Source: Candidatus Geothermincola secundus (GTDB lineage Bacteria > Actinomycetota > Geothermincolia > Geothermincolales > Geothermincolaceae). Taken from it: DNA of 50,882 nt. How positions within the stretch are numbered: the first letter of the stretch is position 1; each line of letters opens with the position of its first letter. Below are positions 23,683 to 32,696 of the stretch, in pieces. The position numbers and the translations under genes are program-made. A model generated the notes under the pieces. That model was given only the letters and a program-made list of their open reading frames with translations. It made no database searches and was not told the DNA's origin. The DNA lies in assembly GCA_015711755.1 (NCBI GenBank), contig JACVIY010000001.1, forward strand, positions 1-50,882. Direction: 5' to 3'.

Positions 23683-24855
23683 TCAACGCCTCCCTTCCTC
23701 CACGGGCTCCCTCGATCTTTCCTTGAGCCCGGCCAGCTCCCGTCGAAGCGAGCGCACCTCTTTTTTCAGTTCGTAGACGGTCCGGTAAAGATTGTCCATC
23801 TCGCTGCGGTTGGGGAAGGGAAGCTCCTTGGTGGCTTCCTCCAGGAATCTGCGGTAGCTCTCCCGGAAGTTCATCCCTCGTTCGACCAGACGACCCAATA
23901 GTCGGGAGAATTCCTCGGTGCGGAAAATCTCCACGTAGACCTCCTCGTTGGTCTGCCACCATATGCGGTAGAGCTCCCGGAAGCTGGATGGACCGTCGCC
24001 GCCCGAGCTCGCCGCTTCCGCCAGTTTGGCCTGCAGCTTTTCCATGCCCCGACGGCTCCCCTCCGCCAGCGCCGCGTAGAAATCGGCCAGAGCCATGTTG
24101 AACTCCACCATGTCGTCCATGGCCTTGCCGAACTTCTCCACCGCCTCCCGGTAGTAGCCCATGGCCGGCATGCGGAAGAGGCGGCCGAAGCTCTCCTCGT
24201 AGGCTCGCCGCCATTCCTCGTATGCCTCGGTGACCCCCTCCATGCCCTGCGCTTCGCCCCGCATCATCTTCCTGCCGCGGCTGAGCATGAGGTCTATCCA
24301 CGGGGACCAGAAGTGCACCGCCTCGTCCGCCGAGAGGCGAATCACGTCTCCGGAATAAAGATCAGCCACCCACTGCAGGGACTCGGGCATGGCCGCGGCG
24401 AAGATGCCCTTGACCATCTCCTCGTATCCCTGCGACCACTTGTGGAAGAGCTCATCGAAGGCCCGGGAGTCGAGCCCCTCCCCTCCCGCTTTTTTCTGCA
24501 GCTCTCGCAGGAAGTCGGACCACCAGGCGTAAAGGCGCGTGTAGGTGTCCGCGCTGGAGAGCATGCGGGCGAAGGTGCGGGGGCCGTCTCCCGCCTCCGC
24601 CGGAGGAAAACGGCGCATCATCTCCTGAAGATATTCGAACCACTGGCGATAGATCTGGGCGGCCGATTCAAAGCCCGTCCCTTCGCTTTTCTCGCTCTCC
24701 GACGAGCCGACGGTGTCCGGTGAAGCCGCCCGCGACCAGGCCTCCATCCAGCGCCGGAATATGTCTCCCTGCAAGGAGGGCCATCTTCCCATGAACTCCA
24801 CCCAGGGGTTACCAGTTCCTTCCATCACCCTCTCCCTTTCCTGCATCTTGCTCAT
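23683..24855 (-). CDS. phaE: Class III PHA synthase subunit PhaE-like protein.
   Basis: This is a 390-aa ORF immediately upstream of, and coupled to, phaC. The Trp/Glu/Arg-rich helical sequence (WVEFMGRW...RRWMEAWS...YRQWFEYLQEMMRRF) is typical of PhaE. The assignment rests on context plus general resemblance. Confidence 0.65.
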   Translation of the reverse strand: MSKMQERERVMEGTGNPWVEFMGRWPSLQGDIFRRWMEAWSRAASPDTVGSSESEKSEGTGFESAAQIYRQWFEYLQEMMRRFPPAEAGDGPRTFARMLSSADTYTRLYAWWSDFLRELQKKAGGEGLDSRAFDELFHKWSQGYEEMVKGIFAAAMPESLQWVADLYSGDVIRLSADEAVHFWSPWIDLMLSRGRKMMRGEAQGMEGVTEAYEEWRRAYEESFGRLFRMPAMGYYREAVEKFGKAMDDMVEFNMALADFYAALAEGSRRGMEKLQAKLAEAASSGGDGPSSFRELYRIWWQTNEEVYVEIFRTEEFSRLLGRLVERGMNFRESYRRFLEEATKELPFPNRSEMDNLYRTVYELKKEVRSLRRELAGLKERSREPVEEGRR

Positions 24856-24879
24856 CGCATGAACGCCGCTCGCAAGGGC

Positions 24880-25149
24880 TCAGGCGCCCTCGGCCATCAG
24901 TTCCCCCATCCGGCGCAGCCCGTCCTCAAGGGTGCGGCGCATCTCCTCCCTGCCCTTGCGCATGCTCTCCATCCACTCGAGGAAGACCTTCTCCCCCTCC
25001 TTCTGGATGCTGCCGCCCTGTTCCAGCAGCATCTTCCACATCCTCTCCAGCTGGTCCTGAAGGGAGTTCATGGCGTCGAAGGTCATGCGCATAACCGCGT
25101 GCATGCTCTCCAGCATGGCCTTCTGAAGCATCTTCGGGTCCATCCCCAC
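24880..25149 (-). CDS. Small helical phasin-like protein (putative PHA granule-associated).
   Basis: This is an 89-aa ORF 25 nt upstream of phaE on the same strand, with the RBS AAAGGAGTGGGG. The amphipathic Met/Glu/Leu-rich sequence has no enzyme motifs. The function is inferred from context. Confidence 0.45.
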   Translation of the reverse strand: MGMDPKMLQKAMLESMHAVMRMTFDAMNSLQDQLERMWKMLLEQGGSIQKEGEKVFLEWMESMRKGREEMRRTLEDGLRRMGELMAEGA

Positions 25150-25377
25150 TCCTTTCTCATCGGCAGCCGTCTTTCGGGAAGGATATTACCCCCCTGTCCT
25201 CGGCTCGAAACCAGGGAGAGGCCGGGCGGGGCATAGCCGCCGACCTTTTCCGTGATGGTGATGGCCGATACGGCGCTTTCGGGAGGAGCGCCCGCGGTGG
25301 CTGGAAGGGCCCGCGTTGCCCCCAAAAGGGATATAATCCCAGAAGAAGCGCGAATCCCTGGCGGAAAGGAGCGGAAG

Positions 25378-26172
25378 ATGGCCTTCTGTCCCGATTGCGG
25401 AGAGCAGCTCTCGCCGGATGCCTCGACCTGTCCCCGCTGCGGCGCCCAGATCCAGAGGACCCCGGCTGGGTCCGCCGGCGCCCGTCCCGCAGCGCCGTCC
25501 CCGCCCCCGCCGGGTACGGGGGCCTTCCTTCCCCCCGGCCCCGCCTACTCCCAGGGCCCGGCGATGCCCCCGCCCATTCCCCCGACGGGCTTCCCGCCCG
25601 TGGCGGCGGTGAAGAAGGGCACCAGCGGCATGGCCGTCGCCTCTCTGGTAATGGGCATCTGCAGCTTCCTGTGCCTGCCCGTCCTCGGCTCCATCCTGGC
25701 CATAATCCTCGGCCTGGTGGCCAGAGGCCAGATAAAGAGGGAGAGCGGCCGCCTGGAGGGTAAGGGCCTGGCCGCGGCGGGCATCACGCTGGGCACGCTC
25801 TCCCTGGTGCTGATACTGGCGGTGGGCATCCCCGTGGGCATCTGGGTATACAATTTCGTCAAGCAGCCCATCGACACCACCAACCGCTTCATGCAGCACA
25901 TAGCCGACGGTGAATATGATCAGGCTTACTCCATGCTGCACCCCGATTCGCCCATTCGCGATTATTCCGCCGCCGAGTTCAGGATGAGGATGAAGGAGGA
26001 GTTCAAGGACCTCTCCGGCTGGAACGCCAACGGTTTCGAGGCGAGGACGGTGGGAGGCCTGACTTATTACGTGGTCCACGTGGATGTGAAGCAGAGATCG
26101 GGCCTGAGCCGGCAGCGGGACTTCTCCCTTCGAAAAGACGAAGGTGAATGGCACATATACGACATCGACTGA
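25378..26172 (+). CDS. Zinc-ribbon membrane protein: N-terminal CxxC...CxxC ribbon, a Pro-rich linker, a DUF4190-like two-TM hairpin and a small C-terminal globular domain.
   Basis: ATG 25378 follows AAAGGAGCGGAAG. The sequence begins MAFCPDCGEQLSPDASTCPRCGAQIQ. The TM hairpin is GMAVASLVMGICSFLCLPVLGSILAIILGLVARGQIKRE...AAAGITLGTLSLVLILAVGI. A TATAAT lies at 25332-25337. Confidence 0.65.
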   Translation: MAFCPDCGEQLSPDASTCPRCGAQIQRTPAGSAGARPAAPSPPPPGTGAFLPPGPAYSQGPAMPPPIPPTGFPPVAAVKKGTSGMAVASLVMGICSFLCLPVLGSILAIILGLVARGQIKRESGRLEGKGLAAAGITLGTLSLVLILAVGIPVGIWVYNFVKQPIDTTNRFMQHIADGEYDQAYSMLHPDSPIRDYSAAEFRMRMKEEFKDLSGWNANGFEARTVGGLTYYVVHVDVKQRSGLSRQRDFSLRKDEGEWHIYDID

Positions 26173-26410
26173 GGCCCGCGCGCTGAACCCTTTGATAAGA
26201 GCGAGGGCTTTACTGCCTGAAAGCCGTCCGAGGGCCGATGGAAACGGCTGCGCCTACCCCCGGGGACCGCCCCGACCCTCCGTATTTTCCCGGAGCGCCA
26301 ATGATCGGGCCCCGCCGTTCAAGGTCAGCCCGCGGGCCGCCGATTGGATGTATGAAGGCGAGGATGCGGGCTCAAGAAAGAGTCAGTCCCCAGCGGACCG
26401 GGAGGGTCAC

Positions 26411-28966
26411 ATGAGAAGGGTAGGGAAGAGCGCCGGGCCCGTCATCCTCGCCTTTTCATCCCTCCTCATCATCCATCTTGCCCTCTTTCCCCTCCGGCCC
26501 GCGGCGGCAGCGGGGGAGGGCGGGCCCTCCTGGCACTCATTCGTGTTTTCCCTGGTGCATGAGGACCACGCTCTCCTCCAGAGGGTGGAGGGGGCCGTCA
26601 GGTCGCTGTTGCCGGCAGGCGCCTCCTGGGGCGGGGCGGAGCGGCTCTTCGACAGAGTCTTCCGGCTGCGGCTCCCGACCCCCCTCCCCGTCTCCGCCGT
26701 CCTCGCGCTGCTGCGGGGGTCCCCGGCGGTGGAATACGCCGAGGCGGACGAGCTCAGGAGTGCCCTGGAGATCCCCGACGATCCCTACTACGGGCAGCAG
26801 TGGCACTTCGCTTCCATAAGGGCGGAGGAGGGCTGGGAGGTCACCCGCGGATCCTCCTCGCTGACCATAGCGGTGATCGATACCGGGGTGGATTTGGCCC
26901 ATCCCGATCTGGCGGGCAGGCTGCTCCAAGGGTATGACTTCGTGGCGGCCGATGAGTATCCTTGGGACGAGAACGGCCACGGCACCCATGTGGCCGGATT
27001 GGCCGCGGCGGCCACCGACAACGGCGTGGGAGTGGCCGGGGTGGACTGGAACGCCCGGGTATTGCCGCTGCGGGTGCTGGACGCCTCGGGAAGCGGGTAC
27101 GATTCGGACATCGCCTCCGCCATCCGATACGCCGCCGACAACGGCGCTGACGTCATCAACCTGAGCCTGGGCTCTTCAACCCCCTCGTACACGCTGCAGA
27201 ACGCGGTCAGCTACGCCTACGGCAAGGGGGTGGTCATCGTGGCCGCGGCAGGCAACGACGGCTCGGGCAGCGTCTCCTATCCCGCCGCCTACAGCGGGGT
27301 CATCGCGGTGGGGGCGTTGGACAGCGGCGACCGCAAGGCCGACTTCTCCAATTACGGCAGCAAGCTGGACCTGATGGCGCCGGGCGTGGGGGTCTATTCC
27401 ACCTATGCGGGAGGGCGCTATCAGAGCATGAGCGGCACCTCCATGGCCTCGCCGCTGGTGGCCGGGGCGGCCTGCCTGGTGCTGGCGGCGTTTCCCTCGC
27501 TCGAGGGGAGGCCGGACGATGTGGCGGGGAAGCTGACCTCCTCCGCTCGCGACCTGGGCGCCGCCGGGTTCGACGAATATTACGGCTACGGGAAGCTGGA
27601 CCTGGCCTCAGCTCTGAAGGGAGGCGGACCTGAGCCCCCACCACCTCCTCCACCCCCTCCTCCGCCGGGAGACGAGCTCGATTCCATAAGCGGGGGCAGG
27701 ACCGCCTGGTACCTGGCGGAGGGGTATACCGGCCCCGGGTTCCAGACATGGCTGCTGCTGCAGAACCCCAACACCAGGGAGGCGCGGGTGACCGTGCAGG
27801 CGGCCACCTCGCGGGGGGAGAACGATGCGGCGGCCGTCACCATGCCCCCCCAGTCCCGCTGCACCATGAACCTCAACGCGCGCTGGCCGGACCGCGAACT
27901 CTCCGCTTACGTGGGCGTGAGCAACGGCGTGGGGATACTGGTGGAGAGGTCCATGTACTTCAACGACGGGGTGCGCGAAGGGGGGCACCGCGTGGCGGCC
28001 TCGCCCGAGGCCTCCACCTCCTGGTATTTCGCCGAGGGCTTCACCGGCCCCTCCTTCGACGAGTGGATACTGGTGTTCAACCCCCAGACCGCGGCGCAGA
28101 ACTGCCTGCTGCGCGTGCTCACCGGCACCGGCGCCATCCTCGAGTTCGAGTACCACCTCCCGGCGCGGTCCCGCGTCACCGTCCACATGAACGAACTGGT
28201 GCCGGGCCAGGAGTCCTCCATCCACCTCATCAGCGACCTTCCGGTGGTCGCGGAGCGCTCGATGTATTTCGACTACGGCGGGTCCGGAGACGGTCACGCC
28301 AGCATGGGGTGCCGGACGCTCTCATCGGACTGGTACTTCGCCGAGGGATATACCGGCCCCGGTTTCGACGAGTGGATACTGGTCCTTAACCCCTACTATT
28401 ACTACACGGTGAGCGCCCGCTTCGAGTTCTATTTCCCCGACGGCACCCGTACCTCCCGCACTTACGAACTACCGCCGGTCTCGCGCAACACCTTCAAGGT
28501 CAACGACATCGTCGGCTCGCGCGAGGTCTCGGTGCGCCTGACCACGCCGGCTGATTTCCCCGTGCTGGCGGAGAGGGCCATGTACTTCAAATACGCGGGC
28601 CGCTGGGGGGGCGGGCACGGCGCCCTCGGCGTTCCGGAGGCCGCCACGACCTGGGGGCTGCCCGAGGGCTACAAGGGACCGGGGTTCGACACCTGGGTCA
28701 TGGTGATGAACCTCGGGGACGCCGTTTCCTCCACCGCCTTCTACCTGCTCTACCCGGACGGGACCCACGATTACCTCGCTTTCAACATCGCCCCCCATTC
28801 CCGCTTCACCCTGCTGGCCGACGAGGTGGCCCGGCAGGACGAGTTCTCGGTGGTGGTGAGCTCGGCCAACGGCCAGCCGCTGGTGGTGGAGAGCTCGCTC
28901 TATTTCGGGACCGGCTCTTTTGACGGCGGCTCCTGCGAGTCGGCCCTTTCCCTTTTTCACGATTGA
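26411..28966 (+). CDS. Secreted subtilisin-like S8 serine peptidase with an 11-proline linker and a 4x AEGYTGPGF-module cassette.
   Basis: ATG 26411 (MRRVGKSAGPVILAFSSLLIIHLALFP) follows GGGAGGG. The catalytic triad contexts are AVIDTGVD, HGTHVAG and SGTSMASP, plus NLSLG. The linker PEPPPPPPPPPPPG has 11 consecutive Pro codons at 27635-27667. Four modules follow. Confidence 0.9.
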   Translation: MRRVGKSAGPVILAFSSLLIIHLALFPLRPAAAAGEGGPSWHSFVFSLVHEDHALLQRVEGAVRSLLPAGASWGGAERLFDRVFRLRLPTPLPVSAVLALLRGSPAVEYAEADELRSALEIPDDPYYGQQWHFASIRAEEGWEVTRGSSSLTIAVIDTGVDLAHPDLAGRLLQGYDFVAADEYPWDENGHGTHVAGLAAAATDNGVGVAGVDWNARVLPLRVLDASGSGYDSDIASAIRYAADNGADVINLSLGSSTPSYTLQNAVSYAYGKGVVIVAAAGNDGSGSVSYPAAYSGVIAVGALDSGDRKADFSNYGSKLDLMAPGVGVYSTYAGGRYQSMSGTSMASPLVAGAACLVLAAFPSLEGRPDDVAGKLTSSARDLGAAGFDEYYGYGKLDLASALKGGGPEPPPPPPPPPPPGDELDSISGGRTAWYLAEGYTGPGFQTWLLLQNPNTREARVTVQAATSRGENDAAAVTMPPQSRCTMNLNARWPDRELSAYVGVSNGVGILVERSMYFNDGVREGGHRVAASPEASTSWYFAEGFTGPSFDEWILVFNPQTAAQNCLLRVLTGTGAILEFEYHLPARSRVTVHMNELVPGQESSIHLISDLPVVAERSMYFDYGGSGDGHASMGCRTLSSDWYFAEGYTGPGFDEWILVLNPYYYYTVSARFEFYFPDGTRTSRTYELPPVSRNTFKVNDIVGSREVSVRLTTPADFPVLAERAMYFKYAGRWGGGHGALGVPEAATTWGLPEGYKGPGFDTWVMVMNLGDAVSSTAFYLLYPDGTHDYLAFNIAPHSRFTLLADEVARQDEFSVVVSSANGQPLVVESSLYFGTGSFDGGSCESALSLFHD
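27701..28963 (+). repeat. Four-copy cassette of the AEGYTGPGF module (diverged), with units starting near 27701, 28016, 28325 and 28646.
   Basis: The units begin TAWYLAEGYTGPGFQTWLLLQNPN, TSWYFAEGFTGPSFDEWILVFNPQ, SDWYFAEGYTGPGFDEWILVLNPY and TTWGLPEGYKGPGFDTWVMVMNLG. Each has ...SR.T...N... and [AV]ERSMYF / ERAMYF / ESSLYF. Confidence 0.85.
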
Positions 28967-29012
28967 GCCCCGGAGCCCCGGCCGCTGCCCGCCCGGACAG
29001 CCGGCGTTTCCC

Positions 29013-29759
29013 TCAGCTCGTCGGCGGTTTGCGGAAAAGGGCCGCCAGGGAAGAGCCCCACGGCAGGTCCCAGCGGCGCAAGACCCTCGCTTCAACCTCG
29101 CCCAGGAACGAAAGGGCGGCGTTGCTGCTCGGCAGTATGGTCTCCATCTGCTGACGGAACCTGCCTCTGCCCCGGATGAGATCCCCCCGCTTCATGTAGA
29201 GGAGAACGAAGGGGTGGGCCAGCGCGGCATAGCGGGTCATGCGGACCAGCCGCACCCCGGCGGCGGCCGCCAGTTCATTCACCTGGGAGCGGGAGTAGCG
29301 GCGCAGGTGGCCGCACAGGCAGTCGAAGGAGCTGTAGAGGCGGGCGGAGGCGGGCAGGGTCACCAGCAGATATCCCCCCGGTCGGGCCACCCGGGCCAGC
29401 TCGCTGAAGGCCAGGGCGTCCAGGCGCACGTGCTCCAGCACGTCCAGACAGGTGATCAGGTCGAAGGATCCGTCCTCATAGGGGAGGTCGCAGGCGTCCG
29501 CGAGCCTGGTCCGCTTGAATCCGCGGCGGGCGCAGTATTTGAGTGCCTCCGCCGCGCAGTCGCACCCCTCCGCCTCGCCGTAGGCGCTCAGGAAGTCCAG
29601 GTTGCCGCCCGTTCCGCACCCCACGTCGAGCATGCGGGGGGACGCGGGCAGCTCCGCCCGTGCGAGCATCTCCCGGAGCACGGCCCGTCGGGTGCGGAAC
29701 CACCAGTGCCCCTCCTCCTTCTCGAACAGGCTCCCGTAGGCCTCGCTGCGCAGCCTCAT
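29013..29759 (-). CDS. Class I SAM-dependent methyltransferase.
   Basis: The SAM motif I is MLDVGCGTGGNLDFL, and the N-terminal ...EEGHWWFRTRR is typical of this subgroup. The preferred start is ATG 29759, preceded by GAGGAGGAAG. The listed ORF extends to 29843. Confidence 0.75.
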   Translation of the reverse strand: MRLRSEAYGSLFEKEEGHWWFRTRRAVLREMLARAELPASPRMLDVGCGTGGNLDFLSAYGEAEGCDCAAEALKYCARRGFKRTRLADACDLPYEDGSFDLITCLDVLEHVRLDALAFSELARVARPGGYLLVTLPASARLYSSFDCLCGHLRRYSRSQVNELAAAAGVRLVRMTRYAALAHPFVLLYMKRGDLIRGRGRFRQQMETILPSSNAALSFLGEVEARVLRRWDLPWGSSLAALFRKPPTS

Positions 29760-29934
29760 CTTCTTCCTCCTCGCGGCCGGCGTTTCCTTTTCCCTGGTTG
29801 GCCGCCTGCCGGGTAAAGTATAATTCAACATATCCGGCAGCACACGGCAGCATCGGGGCAGGTACGCGGGAAAATCGGAGCAGGCCCGGAGGCAGGCCTA
29901 TCCGTTATCGGATCCGAGAAGGGGGTCGGAGAGC

Positions 29935-31668
29935 ATGGAGAAGAACTTCAAGTGCTGGCCGAAAGGCGTGCCCCGCAATCTGAACTACCCGGAGATACCG
30001 GTCTGCGAGATCATCCGTTCCTCGGCCCGGCGGTGGCCCTGGCGCAACGCCATCATCTTCGGGGGCATGGAGATGACCTACGCGGAGCTGGACCAGCTCT
30101 CCGACCGCTTTGCCCGCGCCCTGCAGGAGCTGGGAGTGGGCAAGGGCGACCGGGTGGCCATCCACCTGCCCAACTGCCCGCAGTTCGCCATCGCCTACTT
30201 CGGCCTGCTCAAGGCGGGGGCGGTTTTCGTCCCCCTGAGCCCCCTGCTGGCGGAGCGGGAGCTCTCCTTCCAGCTCAACGACTCCGGGGCGGAGACCTTC
30301 ATCGGGCTGGACATCCTCTACGGCGCTCCCCGCAATATCATGGCGGACACGGCGGTGAAACGGGTCATCCTCACCAGCCTGGCCGACGCCTACCCCGCGG
30401 TCACCGCGCCGGCGAAGCTGCTCTCGCGCCAGCCCTTCGAGGAGGGGGTTCTGGACTTCTGCGCCCTGCTGGCATCCCATCCGCCGGAGGCGCCTCAGGT
30501 CGAGTTCGACTTGAGGAAGGACTTGGCCCACATCGCCTATACCGGGGGAACCACCGGTACCCCCAAGGGGGTCATGCTCACCCACGCCAACGTCATCGCC
30601 AACTGCTGCCAGTTCGCCACCTGGTTCGGAGGCGGCGACATCCATTACGAGGAGGGGATCCTAAAGGTAAAGCGCCTGGAGGGGGACGACCCCCACGACC
30701 ACCCCGTGCGTCTGGCTTCGGAGATATCCCTGGTGGTGGTGCCATGGTTCCACGCCATGGGGGTGCTGGCCTATCTGGCCATGCAGCTTATGGCGGGGAT
30801 CACCCTGGTGGTCTTCCCCCGCTTCGATCCCGAGGAATACCTGCGGGCCATACCCAAGTTCCGGGCCACCGTGTTCGGCGGGGCGCCGCAGCTCTTCGTC
30901 CCCCTGACCGAGCATCCCCTCTTCCCTGAGACGGACATGTCCGAGATCCGCCTGGTGGCCTCGGGGGCGGCCCCCATCCCCCATCATCTCCTCAAGACCA
31001 TGCTGGACAAGATAGGCGGGGTGGTCTGCGAGGCCTACGGGCTCTCCGAGGTGACCATGGGATGCACTGCCAACCCCCCCAGCCGCGACGGCTTCCGATT
31101 GGGATCGGTGGGGCTGCCCATGCAGGACGTGGAGATAAAGATAGTCAACCCCGACAACTACGAGGAGGAGCTGCCGGCGGGGGAGACGGGGGAGATATGC
31201 GTGCGCGGCCCCCAGGTCATGCAGGGCTACCTGAACAAGCCGGAGGAGACGGCGGCGGTGCTCAAGCCGGACGGCTGGCTGCTCACCGGGGACATCGGCC
31301 GATTCGACGAGGACGGCTACCTCTACATCACCGACCGCAAGAAGGACATGCTCATCTACAAGGGCTACAACGTCTACCCGCGAGATCTCGAGGACGTCAT
31401 CAACGAGCATCCGGCGGTGGCGCAGAGCGCGGTGGTGGGAAAATACGACGAGCGCTACGGGGACATCCCCGTGGCTTTCGTGCAGCTCAAGCCGAGCCAG
31501 CAGGTGAGCGAGGAGGAGCTGCTGGAGTACGCCAATGCGCGCCTTGCGCGCTACAAGAAGATAAAGATGCTGAGGATAGTGGAAGCGCTGCCGGCCAGCG
31601 CCGCGGGCAAGGTGCTGCGGCGGGAGCTGCGCGAGGAAGCCCAGAAGCTGGACATAGCCGAGGGATGA
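29935..31668 (+). CDS. AMP-dependent acyl-CoA synthetase (long-chain-fatty-acid--CoA ligase-like).
   Basis: This is a 577-aa ORF. The AMP-binding motif is AYTGGTTGTPKGVMLTH, followed by ...GYGLSE..., TGDIGRFDEDGYLYITDRKKDMLI and a C-terminal ...GKVLRRELR. Confidence 0.85.
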   Translation: MEKNFKCWPKGVPRNLNYPEIPVCEIIRSSARRWPWRNAIIFGGMEMTYAELDQLSDRFARALQELGVGKGDRVAIHLPNCPQFAIAYFGLLKAGAVFVPLSPLLAERELSFQLNDSGAETFIGLDILYGAPRNIMADTAVKRVILTSLADAYPAVTAPAKLLSRQPFEEGVLDFCALLASHPPEAPQVEFDLRKDLAHIAYTGGTTGTPKGVMLTHANVIANCCQFATWFGGGDIHYEEGILKVKRLEGDDPHDHPVRLASEISLVVVPWFHAMGVLAYLAMQLMAGITLVVFPRFDPEEYLRAIPKFRATVFGGAPQLFVPLTEHPLFPETDMSEIRLVASGAAPIPHHLLKTMLDKIGGVVCEAYGLSEVTMGCTANPPSRDGFRLGSVGLPMQDVEIKIVNPDNYEEELPAGETGEICVRGPQVMQGYLNKPEETAAVLKPDGWLLTGDIGRFDEDGYLYITDRKKDMLIYKGYNVYPRDLEDVINEHPAVAQSAVVGKYDERYGDIPVAFVQLKPSQQVSEEELLEYANARLARYKKIKMLRIVEALPASAAGKVLRRELREEAQKLDIAEG

Positions 31669-31684
31669 GCGCAGGTCGCGACGC

Positions 31685-32233
31685 TCACTCCTCCAAATTC
31701 CCCTTCCCGCTCTGACGCTCCCGCCAGCGGCGCATCACCGGTCCGTCCTCCCTCCAGCAAACGCAGCTGTTGACCAGGCCCAACTGCATGGCGTGCTCGG
31801 CCAGCTGTTCCTGGGCCATGTCCTCGTCGAAGTGGCGGCGGACAAAAGCGGCTCGCCCCTGCACGCTGACGTGGCCCATGTTGATGACTAGGTTGGCCAG
31901 GTGGGTGCAGCCGCGAGATGAGCCCACCACACCCCGCACCATCTCCGAGAATCCGGGGAGGATGGCCTTTCCCGCCAGTTCGCCCACGACCGCCAGCGCC
32001 TCCCGGCATTCGGGCATGGGGGCTCCGGGCATGCGCGCTTCCGCCTTGAGGATGACGCCGTCGGCCACCCGCACCAGCAGCTCCGTCTCCAGGACGTGCA
32101 GGGGCTGCCCCTCGCGATGGTCATGCAGATGACCCCGCAGGAGGATGGTCCCTTCCTCCCCCTCCTCCACCTTCACCTCCATGGAGCGGCGGAAGAGCGG
32201 GCTCGGGCAGGCCTGTTCCTTGTCTCCGGCCAT
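31685..32233 (-). CDS. DUF2889-like protein.
   Basis: This is a 182-aa ORF. The segment ...GAPMPECREAL...VVGSSRGCTHLANLV... resembles the conserved Cys/His core I associate with DUF2889. The start overlaps the upstream gene stop (TGATG). Confidence 0.45.
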   Translation of the reverse strand: MAGDKEQACPSPLFRRSMEVKVEEGEEGTILLRGHLHDHREGQPLHVLETELLVRVADGVILKAEARMPGAPMPECREALAVVGELAGKAILPGFSEMVRGVVGSSRGCTHLANLVINMGHVSVQGRAAFVRRHFDEDMAQEQLAEHAMQLGLVNSCVCWREDGPVMRRWRERQSGKGNLEE

Positions 32234-32571
32234 CAGTAGGAATGGCCCTCCGAGCAGACGGCCTTGCCACCGCTGATGGAGTAACTGCCCCCCATGGGCT
32301 CCCGGGGTATGCTGCGCAAGTAAGTCGGCACCAGTTCCTGCAGGCCCCGGGGGTCCTTCCCGTTGGCCGCCCGGTACTGGGAAACGGCCGAGTCTATGGT
32401 CCTCAGGTTGGCGCGGCAGGAAGCCAGCTGGGCCGAGTCCCCCGTCTCCGTGCCAGTGGTTCCCGAAGGGGCTTCGCCCTTGTCACCGCCGCCGCAACCC
32501 GCCGCCAGAGCCAGGCAGGCAGCGATCATACAGATGACCGTGAACATCAGCAGCCCTTTTCTCACCGCCAT
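32233..32571 (-). CDS. Lipoprotein with a pseudopilin/ComGC-like globular domain.
   Basis: ATG 32571 follows AAGGAGG. The lipobox is LALAAGC. The C-terminal C..NLRTIDSAVSQYRAANGKDP..LQELVPTYLRSIP.EPMGGSY...GKAVC resembles the disulfide-bracketed head of type IV pilin-like proteins but lacks a prepilin G/F-T-L-I-E leader. Confidence 0.5.
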   Translation of the reverse strand: MAVRKGLLMFTVICMIAACLALAAGCGGGDKGEAPSGTTGTETGDSAQLASCRANLRTIDSAVSQYRAANGKDPRGLQELVPTYLRSIPREPMGGSYSISGGKAVCSEGHSY

Positions 32572-32696
32572 CCCGACCTCCTTTTCCAGTCGACCTCGCC
32601 GATCCCTCAATTATAGGGGGTGCGGGACCCATATAGTTATACGGGCGTAAGGCCGATGAGAAAAAAGAGGGAAAGGCGCGAGCCGGGGGGTTTCGC

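Noticed and set aside
23681-24301. The listed 606-aa ORF (22481..24301) implies an N-terminal 207-aa extension of phaC.
   Set aside because: The extension overlaps phaE in another frame and is Gly/Arg/Pro-rich. A strong RBS and ATG at 23680 give a PhaC of normal class III length.
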